Origin: Minisyncoccota bacterium
GTDB taxonomy: Bacteria > Patescibacteriota > Minisyncoccia > Phycocordibacterales > UBA9973
Direction: 5' to 3'
Assembly: GCA_018062425.1 (NCBI GenBank)
Contig: JAGOSH010000001.1
Location: 16,039 to 80,038 of the forward strand
DNA: 64,000 nt
Numbering within the stretch: position 1 is the stretch's first letter; the number at the start of each line of letters is the position of its first letter. This document shows positions 45,680 to 55,735 of the stretch, piece after piece. The position numbers and the translations under genes were made by a program. Under the pieces are notes generated by a model, which did no database searches, was not told where the DNA came from, and worked only from the letters and a program-made list of their open reading frames with translations.

Positions 45680-48298
45680 ATGGTCAAAAAAGAAACAAGC
45701 AAAGGCGTAGACACAATTGTCGTCAAAGGTGCTCGGACGCATAATTTAAAGAATATAAACATAGAAATGCCACGCAACAAGATGGTGGTTATTACTGGTG
45801 TCTCAGGCTCTGGTAAATCATCTCTAGCTTTTGACACTATATTCGCCGAAGGGCAGAGGAGGTATGTAGAGTCTCTGTCTTCTTATGCCCGCCAATTTTT
45901 AAACCAAATGCCGAAGCCGGATGTGGATGAGATCACGGGCCTTTCTCCAGCTATATCTATCGACCAGAAGTCTCGCTCCAACAACCCGCGATCAACTGTG
46001 GCGACGATAACAGAAATATATGACTATCTCCGTGTTATGTACGCCCGCATCGGGCATCCGCATTGTCCAGAGTGTGGCGAAGAAATAAAGAAACTTTCCA
46101 ATGAAGAAATTTTGAATTTCGTTTTAGAGAAAGTAAACGCAATCAACAAAACAAAAAAGGGTACCAAAAAAGTTTTAGATGTTGAGTGGAATGAAACAGA
46201 GATAAGTATCTTCTCGCCAGTAGTACGTGGACGTAAGGGCGAATACTATCAATTGCTTTACGATATGCTGGGTAAAGGTTTCACCCAGATACAACTAGAC
46301 GGAGCAATGAAAAACTTGCGCGAACAGATAACCCTTTCGAAAAACAAAGCCCATACCATCGAAGTTTTGGTAGACCATTTTGCTCTGCACGAATTTACCG
46401 ACAACAAAGACACATCTAAAACAAGGTTGTTTGAAGCCTTAGAGCGGGCATTGATCGAGTCTGACGGATTGGTGAATATAAAAATCGGCGAGGAGGAATT
46501 TCTGATGTCTGCCAAATTCGCTTGTAAAAATGATGGTTTTTCTTTCCCTGAAGTAGAGCCAAGACTTTTTTCTTTTAACTCTCCATATGGCGCATGTTCT
46601 ACTTGTAATGGCCTCGGTACCAAGTACTTCGGCGGAGACGAAGTGTGCGAGGATTGCCACGGTGCCAGACTCCGCAAGGAAGCTTTGAATGTTTTCCTTA
46701 CTAACAACAAGAAAAAGGTTAATATTTTAGATCTAGTTAGTCTGTCCATTAGCGACGCATATGAGTTTTTTAATAATCTGAAACTAAGTGAAAAAGAAAA
46801 AGAAATATCCTTGCCAGTCGTGCGTGAGATATCTGACCGCTTGAAATTCATGCTAGATGTGGGGCTCGACTATCTACAGCTTTCCAGAAAAGCTAACACC
46901 CTCTCTGGTGGGGAAGCTCAACGTATACGGCTTGCATCCCAACTTGGGTCACGACTCGTGGGTGCCCTTTATGTTCTCGACGAGCCGACCATTGGATTGC
47001 ACCAAAGAGACAACGATAAATTAATCAAAACTCTACTCGACCTGCGCGACTTGGGTAATACTATTTTAGTGGTTGAACACGATGAGGACACTATCTATGC
47101 ATCAGACTACATCGTCGACATCGGGCCTAAGGCTGGAGTTCACGGTGGAGAAGTTGTGGTCTCTGGAGATTTAGAAGAACTCTTAACCGCTAAAAAGAAT
47201 TCTAGTAATTCTAGAACGCTTGCATACCTGCGAGGTGAAGCAAAAATCGAAATCCCAGAGAAAAGGCGTGAAGGCAAAGGCATACTTAGAGTTGTCGGGG
47301 GCAAGATTTTCAGCTTGGATAATGTAAACGCAGAAGTTCCGCTCGGTGTTATGACTTGTATCACTGGTGTGTCTGGTAGTGGCAAGAGTTCCTTTATGTA
47401 CGAAGTCCTGTATCGAAATCTACAAGCCCGCCTCGAGCGCAAATACCGAACCGCCCAGATTTTCAATTGTTCAGGATTTACTGGGACAGAATACCTCTCT
47501 AGAGTGGTGCTCATAGATCAGTCGCCGATCGGCCGGACTCCGCGTTCAAACATTGCTACCTATACCGGGACCTTTACTCATATTCGGGACTTGTTTGCGG
47601 AAACAGAAGAATCTAAATTCCGAGGCTGGAAGGCGAACAGATTTTCTTTTAATGTAAAAGGTGGCCGATGTGAAGCCTGTGAAGGTAACGGTGAAATAGC
47701 CGTAGAGATGCACTTCCTGCCTACTGTGTATGTGACCTGTGATGTCTGTGGTGGTAAACGTTTCGACAAAGAAACCCTGACCGTAAAATACAAAAAGAAA
47801 AATATTTATGAAGTTTTACGGATGACCGTCGAAGAAGGTTTGGAATTTTTCAAGGACATACCTGCGATTTCTGACAGGTTGGCTACTCTCATAGACGTGG
47901 GACTTGGTTACCTAGAACTCGGACAATCAGCAACGACTCTTTCCGGTGGGGAAGCTCAACGCGTAAAAATATCTAGTGAGCTTTTCGAATATCGTATGTC
48001 GCACCTACGCGCCGAGAAAACTATCTATTTGCTCGATGAGCCAACCGTAGGGTTGCATTATGATGACGTAGCTAAGTTGCTTGAAGTTCTTCAGAAGCTA
48101 GTCTCAAAAGGTAATACCGTGGTCCTGATTGAACACAATTTAGATGTAGTAAAAAGTTCTGACTACTTGATAGATTTCGGACCTGAGGGTGGAACCCATG
48201 GTGGCAAGGTGGTAGCCAAAGGCACCCCAGAGGAAGTAGCGAATAACAAAAATTCACACACTGGTAAATACTTGGCAAAAGTTTTACGTAAAAAATAA
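45680..48298 (+). CDS. uvrA: excinuclease ABC subunit A
   Basis: Two ABC ATPase modules (GVSGSGKSS and [17 protein letters not shown] x2) plus the zinc fingers CPECG and CEAC...CDVCGG. Confidence 0.9.
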   Translation: MVKKETSKGVDTIVVKGARTHNLKNINIEMPRNKMVVITGVSGSGKSSLAFDTIFAEGQRRYVESLSSYARQFLNQMPKPDVDEITGLSPAISIDQKSRSNNPRSTVATITEIYDYLRVMYARIGHPHCPECGEEIKKLSNEEILNFVLEKVNAINKTKKGTKKVLDVEWNETEISIFSPVVRGRKGEYYQLLYDMLGKGFTQIQLDGAMKNLREQITLSKNKAHTIEVLVDHFALHEFTDNKDTSKTRLFEALERALIESDGLVNIKIGEEEFLMSAKFACKNDGFSFPEVEPRLFSFNSPYGACSTCNGLGTKYFGGDEVCEDCHGARLRKEALNVFLTNNKKKVNILDLVSLSISDAYEFFNNLKLSEKEKEISLPVVREISDRLKFMLDVGLDYLQLSRKANTLSGGEAQRIRLASQLGSRLVGALYVLDEPTIGLHQRDNDKLIKTLLDLRDLGNTILVVEHDEDTIYASDYIVDIGPKAGVHGGEVVVSGDLEELLTAKKNSSNSRTLAYLRGEAKIEIPEKRREGKGILRVVGGKIFSLDNVNAEVPLGVMTCITGVSGSGKSSFMYEVLYRNLQARLERKYRTAQIFNCSGFTGTEYLSRVVLIDQSPIGRTPRSNIATYTGTFTHIRDLFAETEESKFRGWKANRFSFNVKGGRCEACEGNGEIAVEMHFLPTVYVTCDVCGGKRFDKETLTVKYKKKNIYEVLRMTVEEGLEFFKDIPAISDRLATLIDVGLGYLELGQSATTLSGGEAQRVKISSELFEYRMSHLRAEKTIYLLDEPTVGLHYDDVAKLLEVLQKLVSKGNTVVLIEHNLDVVKSSDYLIDFGPEGGTHGGKVVAKGTPEEVANNKNSHTGKYLAKVLRKK

Positions 48299-48329
48299 AT
48301 GAAGCGAAGACTTTCTGTCTTCGCTTCAT
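48299..48329. terminator. bidirectional terminator hairpin between convergent uvrA and coaE
   Basis: ATGAAGCGAAGAC-tttct-GTCTTCGCTTCAT, a perfect 13-bp stem. Confidence 0.65.
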
Positions 48330-48925
48330 ACTCCTTCATATTTTGTTAGTTCTTGATATAAACCAAGGACTCTTTTTTCTAATTCTTCTATTTCGTACTC
48401 GGTATCGATGACGAACCTAGTGGCCGGATGTGATTCCGGGCTTTGATACTGTAGCTTTATGCGAGCTATTGCGTCTTCGGCTTGCATGTTTCGGCGAGCT
48501 GGGTCGATCAGTCTTGCAAACTGCTCTTTGGGTGAGCAAATTGCTACGATGACTCCGTAGTCAAAGCGCCACTGATCACTTTTCTGGTAAATGAGTGCGT
48601 TTTCGACGACACATAATTTTCCAGCACTTTCCGCAACGAGTTCTTCCACCTTGGCCCAAACGAGCGGGTGAATGAACTGTTCGTAGGCTAGCAATATTGT
48701 TTTATTAGAAAAAACAATATTACGGATCGTTTTGAAATCAATGCATCCTTCAGGGAAAACATTTTCCCCCAGGATAAGATTGATTTCGTTCTGGTATAGA
48801 CCAGAGGCGGCTATTTCTTTTGCGACATTGTCACAAGATATAATGACCGCTCCCAGTTTCTCGAGAAATTTTGCAACAGTACTCTTCCCAGAGCCTATGT
48901 TGCCGGTGATGGCGAAAGCTCTCAT
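48326..48925 (-). CDS. coaE: dephospho-CoA kinase
   Basis: MRAFAITGNIGSGKSTVAKFL P-loop. The start is trimmed to that ATG ('cat' at 48923-48925). Confidence 0.75.
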   Translation of the reverse strand: MRAFAITGNIGSGKSTVAKFLEKLGAVIISCDNVAKEIAASGLYQNEINLILGENVFPEGCIDFKTIRNIVFSNKTILLAYEQFIHPLVWAKVEELVAESAGKLCVVENALIYQKSDQWRFDYGVIVAICSPKEQFARLIDPARRNMQAEDAIARIKLQYQSPESHPATRFVIDTEYEIEELEKRVLGLYQELTKYEGV

Positions 48926-48976
48926 TTCGAGTACAGTTTTTATGAAGAATTGTTTTAAATCCAACCGGATGATACG

Positions 48977-50350
48977 ATGGAAACTATGACAAGTCAAGGA
49001 TTCAAAAAACTGAAACTACCCGAAAAACCCGGGGTTTATTTTTTTCTTGGCGGAAAGAGGTCGGACCTCGGGGATTCTAGAGGTCCGACCTCAAAGAGCC
49101 AGATTCTGTATATCGGCAAAGCCACCAGCTTGCGTGACCGAGTGCGTAGTTACTTTTCTAAAGACCTTATAGATACCCGCGGGCCACTCTTGGTGGATAT
49201 GGTCTTCAAAGCTGGGGATATAAAATGGCAGGAAACAGACAGTGTCCTTGAAGCGCTTATCCTAGAAGCGTCGCTAATAAAAAAACATCAACCGTATTAC
49301 AACACCAAAGAAAAAGATGACAAAAGTTTTAACTACGTTTGTATTACCAAGGAAGAATTACCTCGCGTTTTAATCATCCGGGGTAGAAATTTAATAAAAG
49401 AAAATTACAACAAAATATACGGACCATATCCGAATGGGGGACAGCTCCGAATTGCGCTCGAACTTATTCGTCGAATATTTCCATTTCTGGACGAAAAGTC
49501 CAAGGTTAAAGGAACATACGAATTTTATCGACAAATAAAACTTGCTCCAGAACAGAAAGAAATACTACTTAAAAACATCAAGAATATAAAACTCTTTTTT
49601 GAAGGTAAGAAGAAATCAATATTGAAAAGTTTAGAGAAAGAAATGAAAGTGTATGCGAAGAATAAAGAATTTGAAAAGGCTGGGGAAATAAAAAGGCAGA
49701 TCTTTTCGCTAAACCACATAAATGATGTTGCGTTAATCAAACAGGAAAAAACGAGTTATTCTAGCGCCAACGCCCTCGGAGACATAGGACAGGGGACCCG
49801 CGGCGCTTCGAATAATTCGTTTTTTCCAAAAACTGTCCGCATAGAAGCTTATGATGTAGCGCACATGTCAGGGCAGAATATGGTTGGGGTAATGACCGTG
49901 ATTGACCTGCCTGCCGGTGGGCAGGAGATGGGTGAGGTAAACAAAAGTGAATATAAAAAATTTAAAATTCGGACCCAAGATAATGCCAACGACACAGGCG
50001 CACTCGCAGAAGTTTTGGAACGCAGGTTTGGGCATCCTGAGTGGCGGAGTCCTGATTTGATAGTAGTAGACGGTGGCAGAGCCCAAATAAACTCGGCTGA
50101 GAAGGTTTTGAAGAGACTTAATTTGAGTATACCTGTGGTTTCAGTTCTAAAAGACGAGAGACACAGACCCAAAAACATTCTCTCGTCCCCGAGGTCGGAC
50201 CTCAAGGGGTCCCGAGGTCCGACCTCAAAAGAACTTGCACGCAAATACGAAAGAGAAATCCTACTTGTGAATTCCGAAGCACACAGATTCGCAATCAATT
50301 ATCATAAGCAAATGAGAAACAAAAACTTTTTACCCAAGAGAAATAAGTAA
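48977..50350 (+). CDS. uvrC: excinuclease ABC subunit C (short form)
   Basis: The GIY-YIG module PGVYFF...ILYIGKATSLRDRVRSYF, a UvrC central region and a C-terminal endonuclease domain. It carries two palindromic-element insertions. Confidence 0.85.
   Translation: METMTSQGFKKLKLPEKPGVYFFLGGKRSDLGDSRGPTSKSQILYIGKATSLRDRVRSYFSKDLIDTRGPLLVDMVFKAGDIKWQETDSVLEALILEASLIKKHQPYYNTKEKDDKSFNYVCITKEELPRVLIIRGRNLIKENYNKIYGPYPNGGQLRIALELIRRIFPFLDEKSKVKGTYEFYRQIKLAPEQKEILLKNIKNIKLFFEGKKKSILKSLEKEMKVYAKNKEFEKAGEIKRQIFSLNHINDVALIKQEKTSYSSANALGDIGQGTRGASNNSFFPKTVRIEAYDVAHMSGQNMVGVMTVIDLPAGGQEMGEVNKSEYKKFKIRTQDNANDTGALAEVLERRFGHPEWRSPDLIVVDGGRAQINSAEKVLKRLNLSIPVVSVLKDERHRPKNILSSPRSDLKGSRGPTSKELARKYEREILLVNSEAHRFAINYHKQMRNKNFLPKRNK
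49057..49092. repeat. 36-bp composite palindromic element copy, in-frame in the uvrC GIY-YIG region
   Basis: GAGGTCGGACCTC-GGGGATTCTA-GAGGTCCGACCTC. The arms are identical to the other copies but the spacer differs. It encodes RSDLGDSRGPTS. Confidence 0.8.
50180..50215. repeat. 36-bp composite palindromic element copy, in-frame in the uvrC 3' region
   Basis: GAGGTCGGACCTC-AAGGGGTCCC-GAGGTCCGACCTC, identical to the uvrB copy. It encodes RSDLKGSRGPTS. Confidence 0.8.
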
Positions 50351-50829
50351 TGAAAAACAAAACACAAAACTTTTTAATATTAAATGACATACGTAGTGTC
50401 GAGAACGTCGGTGCGATGTTCCGCACCGCAGATGCTGCGGGGGTTGATAAAATCTACACCGTGGGTTACACACCGGCACCTATTGACCGCTTTGGGAGAA
50501 AGAGGAATGATTTACACAAGGCTGCTTTGGGTGCGGAGGAATATGTGCCATGGGAAGCTGTATCGAGTGTAGTTACGCTTATAAATAAACTAAAGAAAGA
50601 AGGGTTTCAGATTATTGCCATCGAGCAAGCGCCGAATTCGATGAACTATAAAAAAGTAAAAATGGGAGCTAAAAATGTGTTCATAATGGGCAACGAAGTA
50701 ACCGGTGTACTCAAAAAAGTTTTAGATAAATGTGATGTGGTGGCGGAGATACCGATGCGAGGGAAGAAGGAGTCACTAAATGTGTCTGTCGCTTGCGGGG
50801 TAGCACTATTTGGAATGCTTAAAGTTTAA
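50350..50829 (+). CDS. SpoU/TrmH-family RNA 2'-O-methyltransferase (TrmL-like)
   Basis: 159 aa with NVGAMFRTADAAG and the SpoU motifs. Confidence 0.7.
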   Translation: MKNKTQNFLILNDIRSVENVGAMFRTADAAGVDKIYTVGYTPAPIDRFGRKRNDLHKAALGAEEYVPWEAVSSVVTLINKLKKEGFQIIAIEQAPNSMNYKKVKMGAKNVFIMGNEVTGVLKKVLDKCDVVAEIPMRGKKESLNVSVACGVALFGMLKV

Positions 50830-50841
50830 TTTTGATTTAGT

Positions 50842-51012
50842 CTACCAATACGACTCACCAGTATTTAATGGTTTTGGGGGTTTTAGAAATGGTCCGCCTC
50901 CGTAGGCTTCGTATCGTTGTGGGCCTCCAGTCCAGTACCAGATAAACCATATACCGATCACGATCAAGATAAACCATACTATTACAAATCCTTTTTGCTT
51001 CATTTGTTTCAT
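50842..51012 (-). CDS. possible small membrane protein (56 aa)
   Basis: Hand translation gives MKQMKQKGFVIVWFILIVIGIWFIWYWTGGPQRYEAYGGGPFLKPPKPLNTGESYW. It is preceded on its strand by TGGTATAAT 7 nt upstream of the ATG, and is below the ORF-track cut-off. Confidence 0.3.
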   Translation of the reverse strand: MKQMKQKGFVIVWFILIVIGIWFIWYWTGGPQRYEAYGGGPFLKPPKPLNTGESYW

Positions 51013-51030
51013 TTCGATTATTATACCAGA

Positions 51031-51930
51031 TTATTTTTGGCACCGAGGACAAAACACCGTAGTCCTGGTTTGCACAGTTGTTTTTTCTAGAGGCTTTCCG
51101 CATTTGGTGCAATTCTTGCCGGCTTTGCCGTATACTTTGTGCTCTCTGGCATAGTTGCCTTGAGTTTCGTCGAGCAAGCGGTATGTAGCTACAGATGATC
51201 CACCGACTTTGATGGCTTGTTTGAGTATCCTGACTATTGCAGTGTGTAATTTTTCTATTTCTTTTTTAGTTAAACTCGAAGCTTTTCGTACTGGGTTTAT
51301 TCCTGACTCAAATAGACTTTCGTCAGCATAAATATTTCCAACTCCAACCACGACGTCCTGGCTCATGAGTACTGCTTTAATCTTGCCAGATTTATTTTTT
51401 AGTTTCTCTGTTAAATACGAAAGATTAAAATCTTTGTCTTGTGGTTCTAATCCTAGTTTTTCAAAATGATTTTCTTTTTCAAATTTGTTTTTGTCTCCAA
51501 AGTAGAGTACATAGCCAAATTTTCTAGTGTCATTGAAGTATAGAGTTCCTTTTTCAAGTTTGAAAATTATATGAGTGTGTTTGTTGGGTAGGGTACTTTC
51601 AGAGATTTCAATCGGATGACCTCCTGTTACTTTAGTTTTGCCAGTGTTTGCTTTGTACGCAAACTGCCCGGTCATTTTCAGGTGAGCCAGGATTAGTTTG
51701 TTGTGTGTTAATTCAAAAATAAGATTTTTAGCTCTTCTTTTGACGGCAGTAAATTTTTCTCCCTTTAATCCTTCTTCAAATTCTTTTGTCTTTTTAATCG
51801 ACGCAGTACGTAGAGTGCCTTTACCAGAAATTATCTTCGAGTTCTTAACTTCTACATCCAAGATTTTTTGCCCGATAATATTTTTCTCGAGTCCAATTCT
51901 CAAATTTTCTACTTCGGGAAGTTCGGGCAT
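51031..51930 (-). CDS. mutM: formamidopyrimidine-DNA glycosylase (Fpg/Nei family)
   Basis: The N-terminal MPELPEVE and a C-terminal zinc finger CTKCGKP...CPRCQ. Confidence 0.85.
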   Translation of the reverse strand: MPELPEVENLRIGLEKNIIGQKILDVEVKNSKIISGKGTLRTASIKKTKEFEEGLKGEKFTAVKRRAKNLIFELTHNKLILAHLKMTGQFAYKANTGKTKVTGGHPIEISESTLPNKHTHIIFKLEKGTLYFNDTRKFGYVLYFGDKNKFEKENHFEKLGLEPQDKDFNLSYLTEKLKNKSGKIKAVLMSQDVVVGVGNIYADESLFESGINPVRKASSLTKKEIEKLHTAIVRILKQAIKVGGSSVATYRLLDETQGNYAREHKVYGKAGKNCTKCGKPLEKTTVQTRTTVFCPRCQK

Positions 51931-51938
51931 ATGGTTTT

Positions 51939-52502
51939 TTATTTTCCACCTAAAACTTTCAAAGCTTCTTTTATTTTAGCGTTGGTCGAAAGCTCGGGGG
52001 ACAGGCCCTTGAGTGCGTCGCGAGCTTCGTTCTGAGAATAGCCGAGTGCTTGGAGGGCGAGGAGGGCATCTAGTTCGTCTTTTAGAGTTTCATTTTTTTC
52101 TAAGACTCCGACTTTGTCACGAAGTTCGATAACCATTTTCTCTGCAGTTTTCTTGCCGATGCCAGAGATCTTGGTGAGATAGGGAATGTCTGATGTGCTT
52201 ATTGCCCTCTGCAATGTCTCGATAGTTGCGACACTGAGGATTGTGAGCGCTCCTTTAGGGCCTATGCCGGATACGTTAATAAGCATTTCAAAGAAGTCCA
52301 ACTCTTCGTAGTTTAGGAATCCGTACAGGTCGAGCGAGTCTTCGCGTACATGGGTATGGGTGTAAAACAGGACTTCCGCGTCGTTTTTAACCTTAGATAA
52401 GTTGTCTTGAGAGGTCCAGATTTTATACCCCACACCGGCAGTTTCTACCAAGACAAACCTGTCTCCTTTTAAAGTAACCTTGCCTCTAATGCTTCCAATC
52501 AT
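51939..52502 (-). CDS. ruvA: Holliday junction DNA helicase RuvA
   Basis: MIGSIRGKV...GVGYKI and HhH motifs. Confidence 0.85.
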   Translation of the reverse strand: MIGSIRGKVTLKGDRFVLVETAGVGYKIWTSQDNLSKVKNDAEVLFYTHTHVREDSLDLYGFLNYEELDFFEMLINVSGIGPKGALTILSVATIETLQRAISTSDIPYLTKISGIGKKTAEKMVIELRDKVGVLEKNETLKDELDALLALQALGYSQNEARDALKGLSPELSTNAKIKEALKVLGGK

Positions 52503-52525
52503 GTGTTAATAATAACACAATGTTA

Positions 52526-52834
52526 TTACATTCTGAGTTTATGTAAAATCCGACAAGGTTCAACGATTCTAGGGTCGATTATGTTGTAGTAGCCATTTAG
52601 GCCGTGGCGCCTTACGGTTACGAGTTTAGCATGACGCAAAAGTGCTAGGTGTTGGGAAACGTTGGCCTTGGATATGCCCAAAGTTTTCACTAATTCTTCC
52701 ACTGGCATTTCTTGTTCTCGAAGTAAATTTAGAATTTCTAGGCGTTTGGAGTTGGCGAGGATTTTGTATATTTCGGCGTTTCGTTCGTAGGCCCTACGGG
52801 GTAGGGGTTTAATTATTTTCGCTTTTACTTTCAT
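52526..52834 (-). CDS. ArsR/SmtB-family HTH transcriptional regulator
   Basis: A winged-HTH pattern: RLEILNLLREQEMPVEELVKTLGISKANVSQHLALL. Confidence 0.75.
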   Translation of the reverse strand: MKVKAKIIKPLPRRAYERNAEIYKILANSKRLEILNLLREQEMPVEELVKTLGISKANVSQHLALLRHAKLVTVRRHGLNGYYNIIDPRIVEPCRILHKLRM

Positions 52835-52869
52835 GTGCCCAGTATGAAATAAGTTGCGTAAAAACGCAA

Positions 52870-53439
52870 CTATAAATAACTAGGGGGTTTTTCAGAGTAA
52901 CCTTGTTGGTAGTTGGCAAAACGCGCCATAGCGTACAAGGCGCTCGAAAGTCTGTTTAAATACATGGCACCAGTTCTATCTACTCCTGTTTTTCTCTGGT
53001 TCATCAAAGTTACAAATTGCCTCTCGACTCTTCTGGCGGTCGCACGAGCTACGTCCAAATATGCACCACTACTTGCTCCGCCAGGGATAACAAAAGAGGT
53101 GATGGGGGGTAGAACGGTTTCTATCTCATAGATTATATATTCTAGGTAGTTTACAGAATCTTTTTTTATTCTTACTTCAGAGCCACCGAGCTCAGCCTGG
53201 ATGCAAAACAAATGTTCTTGGAATTTCTCCAGTATTTGTTCATAAGGAATCTTGCCTTTGCTGGTGATGATGGTGTCACCAGATGTTCTGGTGAGAGTCT
53301 TGGTGTAACCCAGTGTCGAGTTAAGCTCGTCGAGCCCACCAAGTACATCAAATATAAAGTCAGATTTACTAATCCTTTGTCCTTGTTTGCAGTTAAACAG
53401 TTTGGTTGTTCCACCGTCCCCTTTTCTTGTGTAGAGCAT
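52870..53439 (-). CDS. ATP:cob(I)alamin adenosyltransferase, PduO-type
   Basis: TRKGDGGTTKL at the N-terminus, the PduO/MMAB signature. Confidence 0.75.
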   Translation of the reverse strand: MLYTRKGDGGTTKLFNCKQGQRISKSDFIFDVLGGLDELNSTLGYTKTLTRTSGDTIITSKGKIPYEQILEKFQEHLFCIQAELGGSEVRIKKDSVNYLEYIIYEIETVLPPITSFVIPGGASSGAYLDVARATARRVERQFVTLMNQRKTGVDRTGAMYLNRLSSALYAMARFANYQQGYSEKPPSYL

Positions 53440-53462
53440 AATTTAAAATAAAAAATAGTAAT

Positions 53463-55730
53463 TTATACTTCACAAGTACCAGACGTGCAAGCTAATTCTT
53501 TTTTAACTTCGGTTTCGTCATCAACTTCATAAGTCACAATTTTTGAAAAGTCCAAGTCGCTAACTTTCTTTATCATCTCTTCGTATTTTTCTTTGGTGAT
53601 GGTCTCATAGGGGGCGAGCTGGTACACATGGTTCGAACGGGGCAGGAAGGAAAGCCCTCCAACCAGGTCCCAATTCTCATAGATCCAATTGGCAACCAGA
53701 ATCCACTCGTCTTCTCCAACTGATATGGTGACCGACGGATTGTGTTCGGTGTAGTACTTCTTTACTATTTTCCAATGTTCGAGTTGTTGTATGGCAGTGA
53801 TATCGTCTTTACATATAGCTCCATCAGGAGATTTTACTGGAAACTCGAGCACGAAAGTTGTTGCGTTTTCTACGGTCTGGCCCACTTCGGGATAGTAGGG
53901 CACACCTTGATCTTTCAACATTTTAAACAATGCATCGGTAGCGGAGATGCGCACTCGGCGGATGTAATACGGTGCATGGCGTGGGTGCATTCCTGATGCG
54001 CAGTCGACAGTCTGGGACACGGTGCCAGAAGGTTTCACACAAGTGATACAAGTGGAAGGATTGATCTCAAAACGTTTTGCGTATTTCTTGTTGACTTCAA
54101 TAGAGTATTTTCTTAATTTTTCTAAAATTTCTTCTTTGCGCACTAGGGCAGAGTCCCACTGTCCAGTGACGGACACACCGAGCAGTCTTTCTTTCTCGCA
54201 GTTTTTCTTCCACTCCTTTGATAAATAAGGAAAATAAGTAAGCGAAGACTGATAGGTGCCGAGGATGGTAGCAATGCGAATTTTTTTCATTAAAGATTCT
54301 TCGGTATCTTCGGCACGAGCTACGACTTCGGAAAGATTACAAAATTGTTTTGATTGCAGGATTATTTCTCCACACGGATTAGTACCCCAAGAAGGGAAGA
54401 ACCCGTTTTCCCATTGTTTCAATCTTCTTGTTGGCAATGTTTTGGATAGTCCACCACGGTTAAATATTCCACGTTCCCCAGATCCGCTTTTTACGAGCGC
54501 CGTCCATTCGTCTAGGAATTCTGGTGTTGTAGGCTTGGTCATGTACACCGCAGAATTGTTCGCTAGCATTCTTTGACCTTCGTTTAAATAAAATTGTCCC
54601 TTCTTGGAGTCACGAATAGCTTCATCGTCTAGGTCCGAGAGGGAAATCATAGCACTGCGACGCACTCCGCCAGCGACGACACATTCACCGATTTTACAGA
54701 TGATGTCATGAGCGTCTAAGTTAGTCAGATGTCGTCCTTGTTTGCGTAGAATTCTTTCTCTAGAAAAATCCAGAAGGGAACGAAGAGGTTCTGGACCAGA
54801 ACTTTTGCCACCCATAGTTTTGAGTCGTGAGCCAGCAGGTCGGACCAGTGAGTAATCAAACGAAACATCTGATCCGCTAAACCAAGTTTCAAGTCCATGC
54901 ACAAACGCGTCTGCCCAACCTTCTTTGCTGTCTGGAATCACAAAAGTCGGCAATACTTTCCCAGTTTGTTTTTGAATCTGGGGTAATGCTTGAATGTTTT
55001 CACTCTCCACTGACCAGCCGACACCAGTACCACACATAGATACATACATAATCTCGGCGAAATCTCGGAAGGTTCTAGGCGCGATGAAGGAGCAGTTGTA
55101 GGCGCAGATATTTGTTTTCTTGGCCGCGGGGCCCGAGAATTGCAAAAGTCGCATGGAAGGCATGGCTTCTTGTTTTAGGATTGCTTCTCTCACCTCACTG
55201 TATTCTTCTTTACTAAGTTTGCCGTTTAGGTTTTCTTTCATGAAGCCCATATACCGGTCCACTGTTTCGATCCAAGTCTCGCGTCGGCCTTCTTCGTCAA
55301 TCCATTTGGCGTAAGTGCGATAATATACAAATTCAGCTAAAGGGTTTCTGAAATATTGTTTACTGTCTTCCACTAACTGCTTTACTTTTTCTGGTACAAA
55401 GCCAACCTTTTCTCGAATGTTTGCTCGCTCCTTTCTATACAAGATAAAAGCTTTAGCTGTCTGAGCAAAGTTGTTAGATATTAATTCGTTTTCAATCAGG
55501 TCTTGAATCTTCTCGACATCAGGAATAAATCTTTTCTCTCTGGAAGATTTTTTTAAGGACATAAGTTCGTCGAGCACTTTAAACATGACTTTTTTTGCAC
55601 CGAGTTCGTCACCTTCAAAGGATGCATCCATTGCGCGCATGATAGCCCGGAAAATGTGTTTGGAATCAAAGGGCACAATAGAACCGTCCCTTTTTTGGAC
55701 ATTAGATAAAACCAGATATTTATTTTTCAT
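53463..55730 (-). CDS. nrdJ: ribonucleotide reductase, probably adenosylcobalamin-dependent class II (NrdJ-like, monomeric)
   Basis: An N-terminal ATP-cone-like region, the active-site NPCGEIIL, and a C-terminal redox cysteine pair (CTSGTCEV). There is no glycyl-radical C-terminus. It lies adjacent to the cobalamin adenosyltransferase. Confidence 0.7.
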   Translation of the reverse strand: MKNKYLVLSNVQKRDGSIVPFDSKHIFRAIMRAMDASFEGDELGAKKVMFKVLDELMSLKKSSREKRFIPDVEKIQDLIENELISNNFAQTAKAFILYRKERANIREKVGFVPEKVKQLVEDSKQYFRNPLAEFVYYRTYAKWIDEEGRRETWIETVDRYMGFMKENLNGKLSKEEYSEVREAILKQEAMPSMRLLQFSGPAAKKTNICAYNCSFIAPRTFRDFAEIMYVSMCGTGVGWSVESENIQALPQIQKQTGKVLPTFVIPDSKEGWADAFVHGLETWFSGSDVSFDYSLVRPAGSRLKTMGGKSSGPEPLRSLLDFSRERILRKQGRHLTNLDAHDIICKIGECVVAGGVRRSAMISLSDLDDEAIRDSKKGQFYLNEGQRMLANNSAVYMTKPTTPEFLDEWTALVKSGSGERGIFNRGGLSKTLPTRRLKQWENGFFPSWGTNPCGEIILQSKQFCNLSEVVARAEDTEESLMKKIRIATILGTYQSSLTYFPYLSKEWKKNCEKERLLGVSVTGQWDSALVRKEEILEKLRKYSIEVNKKYAKRFEINPSTCITCVKPSGTVSQTVDCASGMHPRHAPYYIRRVRISATDALFKMLKDQGVPYYPEVGQTVENATTFVLEFPVKSPDGAICKDDITAIQQLEHWKIVKKYYTEHNPSVTISVGEDEWILVANWIYENWDLVGGLSFLPRSNHVYQLAPYETITKEKYEEMIKKVSDLDFSKIVTYEVDDETEVKKELACTSGTCEV

Positions 55731-55735
55731 AGACT

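Noticed and set aside
46258-46851. Minus-strand ORFs inside uvrA and uvrB (46258-46851, 44183-44635, 47140-47514)
   Set aside because: They are antisense to strongly supported ABC-excinuclease genes. They are shadow ORFs.
47200-47221. A small palindrome, TTCTAGtaattCTAGAA, inside uvrA
   Set aside because: It is a single short palindrome with no second copy and no arm similarity to the uvrB/uvrC element. It is likely chance or an ordinary coding sequence.
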